A DNA stretch of 64,000 nucleotides from an uncultured virus (IMG/VR IMGVR_UViG_3300042898_001532) (IMGVR_UViG_3300042898_001532:1-64000), one strand, 5' to 3'; counted from the first letter of the stretch, positions 1-9,230 are shown. The notes: generated by a model from the sequence alone, not told the origin. Made by a program: numbers and translations.

Positions 1-76
1 CGCCATAAAATTTCGCCTGTTTTATGGACATATTTATAATCCTCTTAACTTTAGGTAATACTTTTTTCATTTTAAA

Positions 77-108
77 TTTGTTTTTTTAATTAAATATCAT
101 TATCTTTG
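77..108 (+). promoter_or_regulatory. Bacteroidota-type housekeeping promoter (-33 TTTG / -7 TAnnTTTG)
   Basis: TTTG 77-80, 20-nt spacer, TATCTTTG 101-108, upstream of the methyltransferase. Confidence 0.75.
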
Positions 109-130
109 TTTCAAAGTTAACTATAAAATC

Positions 131-1054
131 ATGAAAAGTCAATACAAATTACAATTAGGTGATACAAAAATCGTTCTAAAAGAAATGATCGATAACGGTG
201 AAAAGGTTGATATGATATTCACTTCTCCCCCTTATTTTTCAATGAGAAAGAATTATAGTGGAAATGATGATGGGGAAATCGGATCCATTCACGTTGACGA
301 TTACGCAGATTGGTTGTTAGAATTCACTGAATTGTTTTTACAGGTTCTTAAACCTGATGGTAGTTTTTTCTTAAATATTAACGATAAAATTGATAAGGGT
401 GTTGTTCATCCTGTTTTAGATGAGTTAAGATATAAGATGAGGAAACAAGGTTGGTATATGGTTGCGAAACCATATATTTGGTTTAAAAAGAACGCAATAC
501 CCACAAACTGTAAATATAGGGCAATCGATAGATACGAATATGTTTTCCATTTTAGCAATTCAAACAAACCCAAATTTAGGGCTGACAATTGTAGGACAGA
601 ACATTCTGATGTCACTAAAAAAAGGTTTGAGAAACCTGTTACCACAATTAACTCTAGAGATGGTGTTTATGATTCACAAATGAAGGAGTTAAATGAAAAG
701 GGATCGTTACCACATAATGTTGTTATCGCTGCGGCGGAATCTAATCCGGGTATTTTACACCCTGCACCGTTTACGGTTGAATTGGCAGAGTGGTTTGTTA
801 AGATTGGTAGTGATGAGAATGATGTCGTTTTAGATCCATTCGCAGGTTCATCTACAACGGGAGTGGCATCACTAAAGAATAACAGAAAGTTCATTGGTAT
901 TGATTTGGTTGAGTTCAATATTAACTTCGGTAGAAAGAGAATGGATCATTACTTAGAAACTGGTGAGACATATATACCTAAAAAAGAATTAGAAGAAAAG
1001 GATATAGATGTCAATTATTACAAAATTAAAGGTAAACATATAAACAATCCATGA
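131..1054 (+). CDS. Site-specific DNA methyltransferase, beta class (N4-C/N6-A)
   Basis: Catalytic FTSPPY near the N-terminus and SAM-binding VLDPFAGS near the C-terminus; also HPAPF motif. Confidence 0.92.
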   Translation: MKSQYKLQLGDTKIVLKEMIDNGEKVDMIFTSPPYFSMRKNYSGNDDGEIGSIHVDDYADWLLEFTELFLQVLKPDGSFFLNINDKIDKGVVHPVLDELRYKMRKQGWYMVAKPYIWFKKNAIPTNCKYRAIDRYEYVFHFSNSNKPKFRADNCRTEHSDVTKKRFEKPVTTINSRDGVYDSQMKELNEKGSLPHNVVIAAAESNPGILHPAPFTVELAEWFVKIGSDENDVVLDPFAGSSTTGVASLKNNRKFIGIDLVEFNINFGRKRMDHYLETGETYIPKKELEEKDIDVNYYKIKGKHINNP

Positions 1055-1091
1055 CAAATTGTCACATTTTAGTCGTTGGTATAACGTTTGT
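1052..1091 (+). promoter_or_regulatory. Palindrome TGACAA-A-TTGTCA plus sigma54-like promoter upstream of hsp20
   Basis: Perfect 6-bp inverted repeat 1052-1064; TGGTATAACGTTTGT 1077-1091 has GG-N10-GT spacing. Confidence 0.5.
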
Positions 1092-1136
1092 CTTGAACGT
1101 TTGTAAACATAATAACAATGAAAAATAAAATTAATA

Positions 1137-1589
1137 ATGAGTACAAATTTTTTTAAGTTAATCGAAGAGTTCGAAACGATGTTAGTTAAAAATTCTTCCC
1201 CCAATTATAATCTTAAAGGTAGATTAAATAGTGGTGGTAAAATATTAGGCTTTAGTACTAATATTCCCTCAACTAATATTTTTGAGGACGAATGGGGATA
1301 TAGGTACGAAATCATTACACCTGGATTATCTAAAGGGAATCTTTCTATTGAAATTAATGGTGAAACATTATCATTTAAAGGTGAACATAAATTAGAAAAA
1401 ACAGAAAACGGTGATTATATATCTAAAGAGTATCGCTATAATAATTTTCATAGAACTTTTGATATCCCTACAAATGTTGTCAGTGAAGAAATTTACGCAA
1501 AAACAGAAAACGGTATAACGACAATTTACTTACCAAAAGAAAAACTAAGTAAAACAAAGTCCTATAATAGAAAGGTAACTATAGATTAA
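1137..1589 (+). CDS. Small heat-shock protein (Hsp20/alpha-crystallin)
   Basis: PSTNIFE...PGLSKGNLSIEI...FHRTFDIP...AKTENGITTIYLPK, with a C-terminal V-x-I motif. Confidence 0.9.
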   Translation: MSTNFFKLIEEFETMLVKNSSPNYNLKGRLNSGGKILGFSTNIPSTNIFEDEWGYRYEIITPGLSKGNLSIEINGETLSFKGEHKLEKTENGDYISKEYRYNNFHRTFDIPTNVVSEEIYAKTENGITTIYLPKEKLSKTKSYNRKVTID

Positions 1590-1613
1590 GTACATATCTA
1601 CTACATTTAAATG

Positions 1614-1645
1614 ATTCATGACTTTACAAGTTGTGGATTTTTTTT
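1614..1645 (+). terminator. Probable intrinsic terminator after hsp20
   Basis: ATTCATGACTT-TAC-AAGTTGTGGAT stem (several G-U pairs) followed by a T tract. Confidence 0.45.
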
Positions 1646-1654
1646 ATATTTATA

Positions 1655-1686
1655 TTTGTTTAAATAATAAATTTTTTATATCTTTG
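1655..1686 (+). promoter_or_regulatory. Bacteroidota-type promoter, near-leaderless transcript
   Basis: TTTG 1655-1658, 20-nt spacer, TATCTTTG 1679-1686; ATG follows after 4 nt. Confidence 0.75.
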
Positions 1687-1690
1687 TATT

Positions 1691-1915
1691 ATGATACCAA
1701 GTGCACCAACATTTAGAAAAATAGTTTTATTACTTAAAGACGAAGAAGGTAAACCTACAGACAGAATAGTATATGAAGATTCTGCAATGGTAATAACAGG
1801 TAATTATGTTTTAATTACTGAAGAGACAAGAGTTTCCATAAGTGAACCTTCTGAAATTAAGGGAGATGTTTATGAACTTAAAAATATACATTCATATAAA
1901 CTTTTAAAAGATTAA
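1691..1915 (+). CDS. Hypothetical protein
   Basis: 74-aa ORF directly after a promoter, tightly packed. Confidence 0.7.
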   Translation: MIPSAPTFRKIVLLLKDEEGKPTDRIVYEDSAMVITGNYVLITEETRVSISEPSEIKGDVYELKNIHSYKLLKD

Positions 1916-1917
1916 TT

Positions 1918-2214
1918 ATGGTTTTATTAAAACATGAAGAAAACGGTTCGATAGAGTGTCTTTATGACTCTTCTAATATTTTAGGGTCTAAGTATGTCGT
2001 TAATGAAAAAAAATTGGCACTTATTTTTAACTCTGGTAGACAGTATATCTATGAGGGAGTTACCTTTACTGATTATAGTAAGTTTGAGGGGGGTAAAAGT
2101 CAGGGTAAGGTATTACACACAGTTATTAAAAAATATTCGTATTCACAATCAAGTGATATAGTAGACGTACAACCAATAGTGGAACAAATAAATGAAATAA
2201 AAAAGACGTTATGA
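1918..2214 (+). CDS. KTSC-domain protein
   Basis: DSSNI..SKY....KLALIFNSGRQYIYEGV...Y..F....SQGK.L...IK matches the KTSC pattern. Confidence 0.8.
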   Translation: MVLLKHEENGSIECLYDSSNILGSKYVVNEKKLALIFNSGRQYIYEGVTFTDYSKFEGGKSQGKVLHTVIKKYSYSQSSDIVDVQPIVEQINEIKKTL

Positions 2215-2402
2215 TTAAGAGTTATCAGATAAAAAAGATTATGAATAAAGGTGGTAAACCACAACACGTTATTTTACTGGATTCGAATGGTGAGGTTTAT
2301 GAGACATCGTGTTTTGGTGTGGTAACGAAATTATGTGAACTATTAAATACCAACACAGATAGGGGTTGGAGATATGAAATTATTACTATAGGTAGTAAAT
2401 AG
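2211..2402 (+). CDS. Hypothetical protein
   Basis: ATGA overlap with the upstream gene. Confidence 0.65.
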   Translation: MIKSYQIKKIMNKGGKPQHVILLDSNGEVYETSCFGVVTKLCELLNTNTDRGWRYEIITIGSK

Positions 2403-2867
2403 AAACGGGCGTTTCATAAATAACAAATAACAAATAAAAATTAAAAACAAATAGTTATGGAAAAATTATCATTCGCTTTGGGTGTTGCTTCTGTATTGGT
2501 TGTGCTTATGGGTATAGTCATTACTTGGGTTACACTTAAGGTTATAAAGTTAATTAAAATTAACAAAAACTTAGAAAGTTACATATCTGAAACAGATAGA
2601 AGTATACATAATAGAATAGACAGAACAGAACACAATTATTCTGGTGAAATAAAAGAAATATATGACACATTCCACAGACGGATTGATGACTCATATAGAA
2701 ATATTGACCAAACGGTTGAACGATCCCATTCACATACGGTTGAGTTACATAATGAGGCTATAAGATATATAGACTCTAGAATAGACAAGTTACTCAATAA
2801 TCCTAAATTTTGTTTAAACAAAGAAAAGGAATTATTGACGGATTAAAATAAGAATACGCCCGTTTCT
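2401..2867. repeat. 12-bp perfect inverted repeat flanking ORF 2457-2846
   Basis: AGAAACGGGCGT (2401-2412) / ACGCCCGTTTCT (2856-2867). Confidence 0.8.
2457..2846 (+). CDS. Membrane-anchored coiled-coil protein
   Basis: N-terminal hydrophobic helix followed by repeated helical R-I-D motifs. Confidence 0.7.
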   Translation: MEKLSFALGVASVLVVLMGIVITWVTLKVIKLIKINKNLESYISETDRSIHNRIDRTEHNYSGEIKEIYDTFHRRIDDSYRNIDQTVERSHSHTVELHNEAIRYIDSRIDKLLNNPKFCLNKEKELLTD

Positions 2868-2918
2868 TATTTTTAAGATATTTATCCATATATTAATATA
2901 TTTATTAAAAAAAGATTT

Positions 2919-3713
2919 ATGGATATTATAAAAATTACTGAACAAGATATCAATGATATCATCCAAAAAGAAAACATTGACTTCTCTTCATTTGAAGTGA
3001 GATCCACACTTAACCCAAAAATATTCGATAAAGAACAACATATGTATGAGGATATTAGAAGGAGACTTCTTATGATTGCAGATGATTTCTTTGAAACATT
3101 AAATGTAAGTTGGGTAGACATAAATGACATTATTTTAACTGGTAGTTTGGCGAACTTTAATTGGTCAAAATTTTCAGATGTAGACTTACATATATTAGTA
3201 GATTTTGGTGAAGTTGACGAAAACGAAGAGTTAGTTAAAGAATATTTCAACTCCAAAAAGAATTTATGGAATGAAAAACACGACATAACTATTAAAGGTT
3301 ATGATGTGGAATTATATATGCAAGATACTGAAGAACCACACGTTTCTAGTGGTGTATATTCTATTCTATGGGATGGATGGGTAGTACAACCTGACTCAAC
3401 TAAAAAAGAAATAGACGCAAAAAAAGTAGAACAAAAAGTTAATAATATTATAGACACAATACATGATGTCTATTATATGTATAAAAATGAGGAATACGAT
3501 AAAACTATCAGAATGATTAAAAACCTAAAAGAAAAAATCAAAAAAATGAGACAAACTGGTTTAGATCGTGAAGGTGAGTATTCGTTTGAGAATATCGCAT
3601 TTAAAGTATTAAGGAGAACCATGTATTTAGATAAATTAAGTGAAATTGAGAATAGTTCATATGATAAATCTTTAACATTAGATGAGTCTATGTTAAGAAT
3701 TAAAACATTATAA
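2919..3713 (+). CDS. Pol-beta-superfamily nucleotidyltransferase
   Basis: ILTGSLANFNWSKFSDVDLHILVD (hG[GS]...DxD) plus third carboxylate in YDVELY. Confidence 0.82.
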   Translation: MDIIKITEQDINDIIQKENIDFSSFEVRSTLNPKIFDKEQHMYEDIRRRLLMIADDFFETLNVSWVDINDIILTGSLANFNWSKFSDVDLHILVDFGEVDENEELVKEYFNSKKNLWNEKHDITIKGYDVELYMQDTEEPHVSSGVYSILWDGWVVQPDSTKKEIDAKKVEQKVNNIIDTIHDVYYMYKNEEYDKTIRMIKNLKEKIKKMRQTGLDREGEYSFENIAFKVLRRTMYLDKLSEIENSSYDKSLTLDESMLRIKTL

Positions 3714-3769
3714 AAATTAATTTGCGTTTTTTTATGAAAAATGCAATATTTATTTAATAAAAGATAATT

Positions 3770-4090
3770 ATGGGAACATATTTAACGGGAACTTATTCCG
3801 TATTACATACATCAGGTACTACAGACTTCACTAATTTTGTATATAGTGCAGTTTATTTCAACTCTGGATCAACATACACTATTAATGGTACTAATGTTAT
3901 TGGGGTCGCAGGTAAAACATTAGACATTATAGTACAAGTGGATGGCACAACACTAAGTACAGGATACCTATTATTAGGTAATTCAATTCCACCACAAACA
4001 AAAATTAATACAGGTTTAATTACTGCAACTGGTGGTACAGAACAATATCAATTTGTAAACATTAAAACCGGTTTACCAACTAACGGATAA
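3770..4090 (+). CDS. Small Thr/Gly-rich putative virion protein
   Basis: Beta-rich T/G composition; ATATTTAT motif upstream. Confidence 0.6.
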   Translation: MGTYLTGTYSVLHTSGTTDFTNFVYSAVYFNSGSTYTINGTNVIGVAGKTLDIIVQVDGTTLSTGYLLLGNSIPPQTKINTGLITATGGTEQYQFVNIKTGLPTNG

Positions 4091-4110
4091 AATGAAATAA
4101 AAACATAAAA

Positions 4111-6150
4111 ATGAGAAAAAACGTAAATCCAAAAACATTAAAAGGTCAAGACAAACTTAATAGGATGTTAGATCTTATGGGGAAAATGAATACTTTAAAT
4201 GAAAGTAAATCATATTCTGAATTAGAATTAATCAAAAAAGGACCTAATGACGTTGTTTATGGTATCATTAGAGAAAATCACGATTACTTTATTAAAACTT
4301 CAAATAAAACTTCAGGACGATTCTTATCAGAAGACTTTAGTTATGTCGGAGGACTACAAAACAAATATGATGAAAGATATAAGTCATATGCGGAAGCAAT
4401 CAAACACTTAAATATGAAGTTTGATATGTTGAATGAGTCTTATGGTATCGAAAACAATACTAATATTTTTGAGTCTGACGGTGTTGCCTTTGGTGGTGGG
4501 GTAGGTTTTGGATTTGTTATGGAAGAAGATGAAGAAGATCAAACTGAAGGAGAAAAAGAAATTATATCTGACGCAGATTTAGAAGAACAAAAGAAAGTTC
4601 TTAAGGTTAATACCCCTAAAGTAGAAGCACCTGTGGAAGATGAGGTAGAAGATGAGACTGAAGTTAATGTTGATATGGGAGGAGACATCGCAGATGTTGA
4701 TTTCGGTGAAGAAGAAACTGAAGAGGATATGGGTGATGAAGAAGGTGATGATAACACTAAAAAGATACAAAAATATACCGGTAAAATCGGACAGTTGTTA
4801 AGAGATATGGATGTAGCGGATTCTGACTTAGAAAAATATGTAATTAATTCAATTATCTCAGCGATGCATTTAGATGAAATGGATGAAGGAGATAAAGAAG
4901 ATATTATTGCAAAATTAGAAGGTGGAGAAGACGAAGAAGTTTCAGACGAGTTCGATAAGGGAGGTGATGAAGAAGTAGATGAGTTCGATATGGGTTCCAC
5001 TGAAAAAACACCGGAAGAAAGTGGTGATGAACTATCTGAAGGTGAGGACAAAGAAGATGGTGATGATAAAAAAGAAGTTCTTAACATCACAGAAAAACAA
5101 ATGGATATGTTACACAAAAAAGGTATCTGTGAATGTGATGATAAGTGTTTAGTATATAGAGAATCAGGTGTTGAAGATTCAATATTGTTAGATAAAATTG
5201 CCGAAACTGATAAAGAATGTATATTCATTTCTAAAAAACAAATGGATATGTTACACGAAAAAGGTATCTGCAAATGTGGTGATGTTACACTAAAATATAA
5301 AGAAGGTAAAAAAGAAAAAAACGAAGGTAGAGTTTTTTCTAAAAAACAATTAATGGAATCTTTCTTAAGAAGAGAAACTAAAAAAACACTTAGAAACGTT
5401 ATTAAAGAAAGAAGAGAACTTTGTGAACAATGTGGTAGTAGAATGAACGAAGGTATGTGTATGAAATGTGAACTTAGCGAAAGTGAAATGGTATACGAAA
5501 AACTTGCCGGTAAACAAAGAAATTTAGATAAAAACAATAATGGTAGAATCGATGCGGAAGACTTCAAAATGTTACGTAAAGGAAGAAAAGATAGTAGACG
5601 TAATATAGATGAAGAAGATATGTCTGTAATGGACGCAATTGCAACTGGTCAAGGTTACTTATCCACCACAGGTGATTTAGACAGAGACTTCGATGGTATC
5701 CCTAATCGTTTAGATATGGATAACAACGATGATGGTAAATTAGATTTTGAGATGGGTAAAGGTGATGACTTCATTGACTTAGATATCAATTTCTTAAGAA
5801 ATAATAATCCAGGAACTAAAGAAAGGGAAAGAACTATAACTAGACCAACAACTACCCCAGGAAAAGGTGATAAGTGGAGAACTACTAAGCGACCTAAAGT
5901 TGATCCTAGACCTAAAGCACAAATGGATAACGATGAAGACTTCATTGACTTAGATATCGATTTCTTAAGAAATGATAGTCCGGGAACTAAAGAAAAGGAA
6001 AGAACTATAACTACACCAACAACTAGACCAGGAAAAGGTGATAAGTGGAGAACTATTAAACGTCCTAAAGTTGATCCTAGACCTAAGGCAGAAAACCCAA
6101 ATATGGATAAACCAAAACCTTCTTACAGAAGAAGAGGTATGTTTAGATAA
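4111..6150 (+). CDS. Large acidic putative internal-head protein with Ca-binding-like loops and tandem repeats
   Basis: D/E-rich; DKNNNGRIDAEDF and DRDFDGIPNRLDMDNNDDG loops; CxxC..CxxC; several L/I-x-E sites. Confidence 0.65.
   Translation: MRKNVNPKTLKGQDKLNRMLDLMGKMNTLNESKSYSELELIKKGPNDVVYGIIRENHDYFIKTSNKTSGRFLSEDFSYVGGLQNKYDERYKSYAEAIKHLNMKFDMLNESYGIENNTNIFESDGVAFGGGVGFGFVMEEDEEDQTEGEKEIISDADLEEQKKVLKVNTPKVEAPVEDEVEDETEVNVDMGGDIADVDFGEEETEEDMGDEEGDDNTKKIQKYTGKIGQLLRDMDVADSDLEKYVINSIISAMHLDEMDEGDKEDIIAKLEGGEDEEVSDEFDKGGDEEVDEFDMGSTEKTPEESGDELSEGEDKEDGDDKKEVLNITEKQMDMLHKKGICECDDKCLVYRESGVEDSILLDKIAETDKECIFISKKQMDMLHEKGICKCGDVTLKYKEGKKEKNEGRVFSKKQLMESFLRRETKKTLRNVIKERRELCEQCGSRMNEGMCMKCELSESEMVYEKLAGKQRNLDKNNNGRIDAEDFKMLRKGRKDSRRNIDEEDMSVMDAIATGQGYLSTTGDLDRDFDGIPNRLDMDNNDDGKLDFEMGKGDDFIDLDINFLRNNNPGTKERERTITRPTTTPGKGDKWRTTKRPKVDPRPKAQMDNDEDFIDLDIDFLRNDSPGTKEKERTITTPTTRPGKGDKWRTIKRPKVDPRPKAENPNMDKPKPSYRRRGMFR
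5095..5283 (+). repeat. Intragenic duplication, 141-nt period (KQMDMLHxKGICxCxD)
   Basis: AAACAAATGGATATGTTACAC occurs at 5095 and 5236. Confidence 0.85.
5767..6090 (+). repeat. Intragenic tandem repeat, 171-nt (57-aa) period
   Basis: GACTTCATTGACTTAGATATC...CCTAGACCTAA at 5767-5919 and 5938-6090. Confidence 0.92.
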
Positions 6151-6548
6151 TGAAACTAGTATATATAAATAAAATAGGTCAAAACTGGAAGGGGAATTAC
6201 ATTTATGAATTCCTCTTTTCAGATATTTTAGATGATATAGATGGTGAAGGATGGGACTCGTACCCATCATCTGGTAATCCAGAACCACCAGAAGGGAAAT
6301 TAATAAAAAAGTCAGGTGTATTAAATACTGATTTAAAATTAGATTTAGTACAAGAGTCTGACTCATTTGCAATGTGGGACGCAGTTGATGGAATTGTTGC
6401 AATGGCTTGGGAAAATATGGAAGGATATGATGATTATCCCGAAAAAAGACTATATTTCTCTTTTGGTGAAGAAATTTCTTCGGTAGAAGATAAACTATAT
6501 GAAAAAGATATGGTAATAATATATGAAAAGGAAACTATAAATACGTAA
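6150..6548 (+). CDS. Hypothetical protein
   Basis: Translationally coupled (TAATG) ORF. Confidence 0.75.
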   Translation: MKLVYINKIGQNWKGNYIYEFLFSDILDDIDGEGWDSYPSSGNPEPPEGKLIKKSGVLNTDLKLDLVQESDSFAMWDAVDGIVAMAWENMEGYDDYPEKRLYFSFGEEISSVEDKLYEKDMVIIYEKETINT

Positions 6549-6551
6549 GTT

Positions 6552-7049
6552 ATGGGAAAAAAAATTAGAATATATGAATCAGAGATTAGGAGAGCAACTA
6601 GACGTAAATTAATGGAACGTTATGTTGACGAGGACTATGAGATGAGAGATACTTATAGTAAAAAAGATTTTAAGCCAACACCAAAAGAAAGAGGTGTTGA
6701 GGATGTGTTTGGTAAGTATGGTGACGATATGGATCCTGCGGTTGTTAGATATATGAGAAAAAATCCCGATCACATTCTAAGAAGAATGGCGAAATTATAC
6801 CCAGACATCTATATGAGACACATTCCATTACAATCTAACACAGAACTAGAAATGGGGGATGAAATGATAGGTGAGGAAACTCAAATGACTGTCTATGATG
6901 ACCCAACAAAATTGGCATCTGATTTATCAAATGATAAAATTAAAAGGGATGATACTGTAGGTCTAAAAGACGCACAAGGTAACATAAGAACCGCAACATT
7001 TGGTGAATCAAAAAAAGACTTAATTAAAAAATTCATAAAAAGAAAGTAA
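6552..7049 (+). CDS. Hypothetical protein, putative head cargo
   Basis: Leader KKIRIYESEIRRATRRKLME. Confidence 0.7.
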   Translation: MGKKIRIYESEIRRATRRKLMERYVDEDYEMRDTYSKKDFKPTPKERGVEDVFGKYGDDMDPAVVRYMRKNPDHILRRMAKLYPDIYMRHIPLQSNTELEMGDEMIGEETQMTVYDDPTKLASDLSNDKIKRDDTVGLKDAQGNIRTATFGESKKDLIKKFIKRK

Positions 7050-7052
7050 GTT

Positions 7053-7784
7053 ATGACAAAAGGGGAAATCATAAAAAAACTAATTTCAGAAAAATTTGCG
7101 TCAAAAGCACAACAAAGGTTCTTTTATGCTATGGCGGACAAAGATACTAAAAAAGGTAGAAAGTTTAAGAAGTGGGCAAAAGAATTTTCTGATGATACTG
7201 ATTTTGAGGATATACCTGAAAAAGTTTCTGAGGATAAAAAAGAAACTAAAAACCCAAAAATGAAAAAAAGGGATTTAGTAGAATACATTAATTCTAAAGT
7301 TAAGATTAATGAATCTCCATATAATGAAAGTGGTGATCGTTTTTTCGTAATTAGGGAAATACCTTCATCTGATAGAACTAAAGTATTTAAATTTTTAGAG
7401 CACCTTAGAGAAAGTGGACTTATTAATATGTATGGTGCATCCCCATTATTAAATTGGGATAAAGATGATTTACATAGATGGTTATATGGAATGGGTAAGG
7501 ATCCTGAAAGTTTAGAAGAAGAGATAGAAAATTTAGATTATTATGATGAAGATGAAGATGAGTATGATTCTACTGGTGATAAAAACATGTTAGAAAAACA
7601 ATTAACACACATAAATTATCTTTTAGATAATAAACAAGAAATAAGAGATATTTTAATTAGGGCAGCTTTGGCTAGAATAGAAAATAGTGGAGGTAGTACC
7701 GACTTAATAAATGTACAGAGAGTATTTGGGAGAATGGCATCAGATTCTTTTAAAATGTGGACTAGTATTATGTATCCGATTTAA
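7053..7784 (+). CDS. Hypothetical protein, putative head cargo
   Basis: Leader ending LISE followed by KFASKAQQRFFYA. Confidence 0.7.
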   Translation: MTKGEIIKKLISEKFASKAQQRFFYAMADKDTKKGRKFKKWAKEFSDDTDFEDIPEKVSEDKKETKNPKMKKRDLVEYINSKVKINESPYNESGDRFFVIREIPSSDRTKVFKFLEHLRESGLINMYGASPLLNWDKDDLHRWLYGMGKDPESLEEEIENLDYYDEDEDEYDSTGDKNMLEKQLTHINYLLDNKQEIRDILIRAALARIENSGGSTDLINVQRVFGRMASDSFKMWTSIMYPI

Positions 7785-7796
7785 AAATAAAAAAAT

Positions 7797-9230
7797 ATGA
7801 AAAGAAAAAATATCATTAACGAAGTAACTAATAGAGTTATAAAAGAAAAATATAGACTTAACAAAATCGTTGAGGCAATTGAATATGATCCAGAACAACC
7901 AGAAAGGATGAATCCCGGATTAGAAAAAAGACTTAGAAGTGGTGAACATATCTTTGGTAAGAGTAAATCAATACCTGTTGGTTCGGAAGCACAAAATTAT
8001 TCTGAAAAACTGGCAAGTAAAAGATTTAAAGAAATTATTAATAAAGTAAAGAGATATCATGGAGTCCAAAACATCAACCCTATGATGATGCAACAGATGT
8101 TTCAGATTATGGGCGAAGTTAGTCAAATTGAGTCCAGACATAAAGAAGCTTTAGAACAATTGGCAATTGATATAGTTTCCGAAGAATTTGACATTCCGGA
8201 TCAAATGTTAGAGGCAACATTATCACCTCCCGGTACTGATTTAGGGTTTAATGATCAAGATGAAGAGGAAGAAGATGAACAAGACTATGGTTCAGAGTTT
8301 GAGACACCAAAAGCCCCAAAAAGTGCGGAGAGAATGGAAGAGTTAGAAATGGAGGTAGATAAAAGAAGAGTCATAAACGCTTTGATGCAAGGGGCATCTA
8401 AAAAAGGACACTATATTTTCCATATGGTTGCTGACGAATTAGATACTATTGACCCTAGACTTATGGGGTTATATGGTAAGCTAATGTCTTTAGCAGATTT
8501 CCAATATTGGGTGATTCCCGATACTACTATGACAGGACAAGCTGGAGGTGTAGAGAAGATTGAATGGAGAAAGGCTAAATCGCCTGAAGATTCTGACGAG
8601 GAAGAAGAAATGGATAAAGTTAATGTTGAGGAAGGAGACGAGATACCTGTAGTAGTAGCAAAGGCTTGGATATTCCCGCTTTTAGTACATGAACTTATTA
8701 AAGGTACATTAGAATTATCCGCAATCAATTGGGCGGACGGTCACTTAGATTTTGAAGAACAATCAGAAGTAATTAAAAAGGCAGATACACCAGAAGGTGA
8801 AATATGGGGGATGAGATTAGGTCCTGGTATGTGGGAGAAGTTCTTAGATTGTGTAGGATCTGAAAATTACGATATGAAACAATGGTTATTTCAAGAATTA
8901 ACTAAATTGCCGGCAAAACAATTTCATGAATTTATGAAAGAAATTTTAAGTGGTAGCCAAAAGTGTAAAGAAGTAATCCAAACATTAAAAGACTTACACG
9001 CAGAAGATCCTTCAGATAGTTTAGAAGACATATTCGATGAAACAGGTTATGATGATATGGACGATATTATAGATAACTTAGATAATGAAACCGAAGAAGA
9101 ACCAACTACTGATGAACCAAAAGAATTAGATTATTCCGAAATGTCACCTAATGAAATACAAGGGTTGATAGATGATGCATTAGATAACGGTGACTTCGAT
9201 ACGGTTGCGAAACTACATAAATATTTATAA
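7797..9230 (+). CDS. Acidic hypothetical protein with HExxK (zincin-like) motif
   Basis: FPLLVHELIKG ... E motif; leader NIINEVTNRVIKE. Confidence 0.6.
   Translation: MKRKNIINEVTNRVIKEKYRLNKIVEAIEYDPEQPERMNPGLEKRLRSGEHIFGKSKSIPVGSEAQNYSEKLASKRFKEIINKVKRYHGVQNINPMMMQQMFQIMGEVSQIESRHKEALEQLAIDIVSEEFDIPDQMLEATLSPPGTDLGFNDQDEEEEDEQDYGSEFETPKAPKSAERMEELEMEVDKRRVINALMQGASKKGHYIFHMVADELDTIDPRLMGLYGKLMSLADFQYWVIPDTTMTGQAGGVEKIEWRKAKSPEDSDEEEEMDKVNVEEGDEIPVVVAKAWIFPLLVHELIKGTLELSAINWADGHLDFEEQSEVIKKADTPEGEIWGMRLGPGMWEKFLDCVGSENYDMKQWLFQELTKLPAKQFHEFMKEILSGSQKCKEVIQTLKDLHAEDPSDSLEDIFDETGYDDMDDIIDNLDNETEEEPTTDEPKELDYSEMSPNEIQGLIDDALDNGDFDTVAKLHKYL

Noticed and set aside
4539..5567. 342-aa Ser-rich minus-strand ORF (also 20036-20605, 20894-21472, 8411-8728 and similar)
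   Set aside because: Antisense shadows of GAA/GAT-rich acidic genes, with no independent signals
5767..6090. Direct repeats as a CRISPR array or DGR template/variable pair
   Set aside because: Only two in-frame coding copies; no spacers, differences not confined to adenines, and no cas or reverse transcriptase gene in the window
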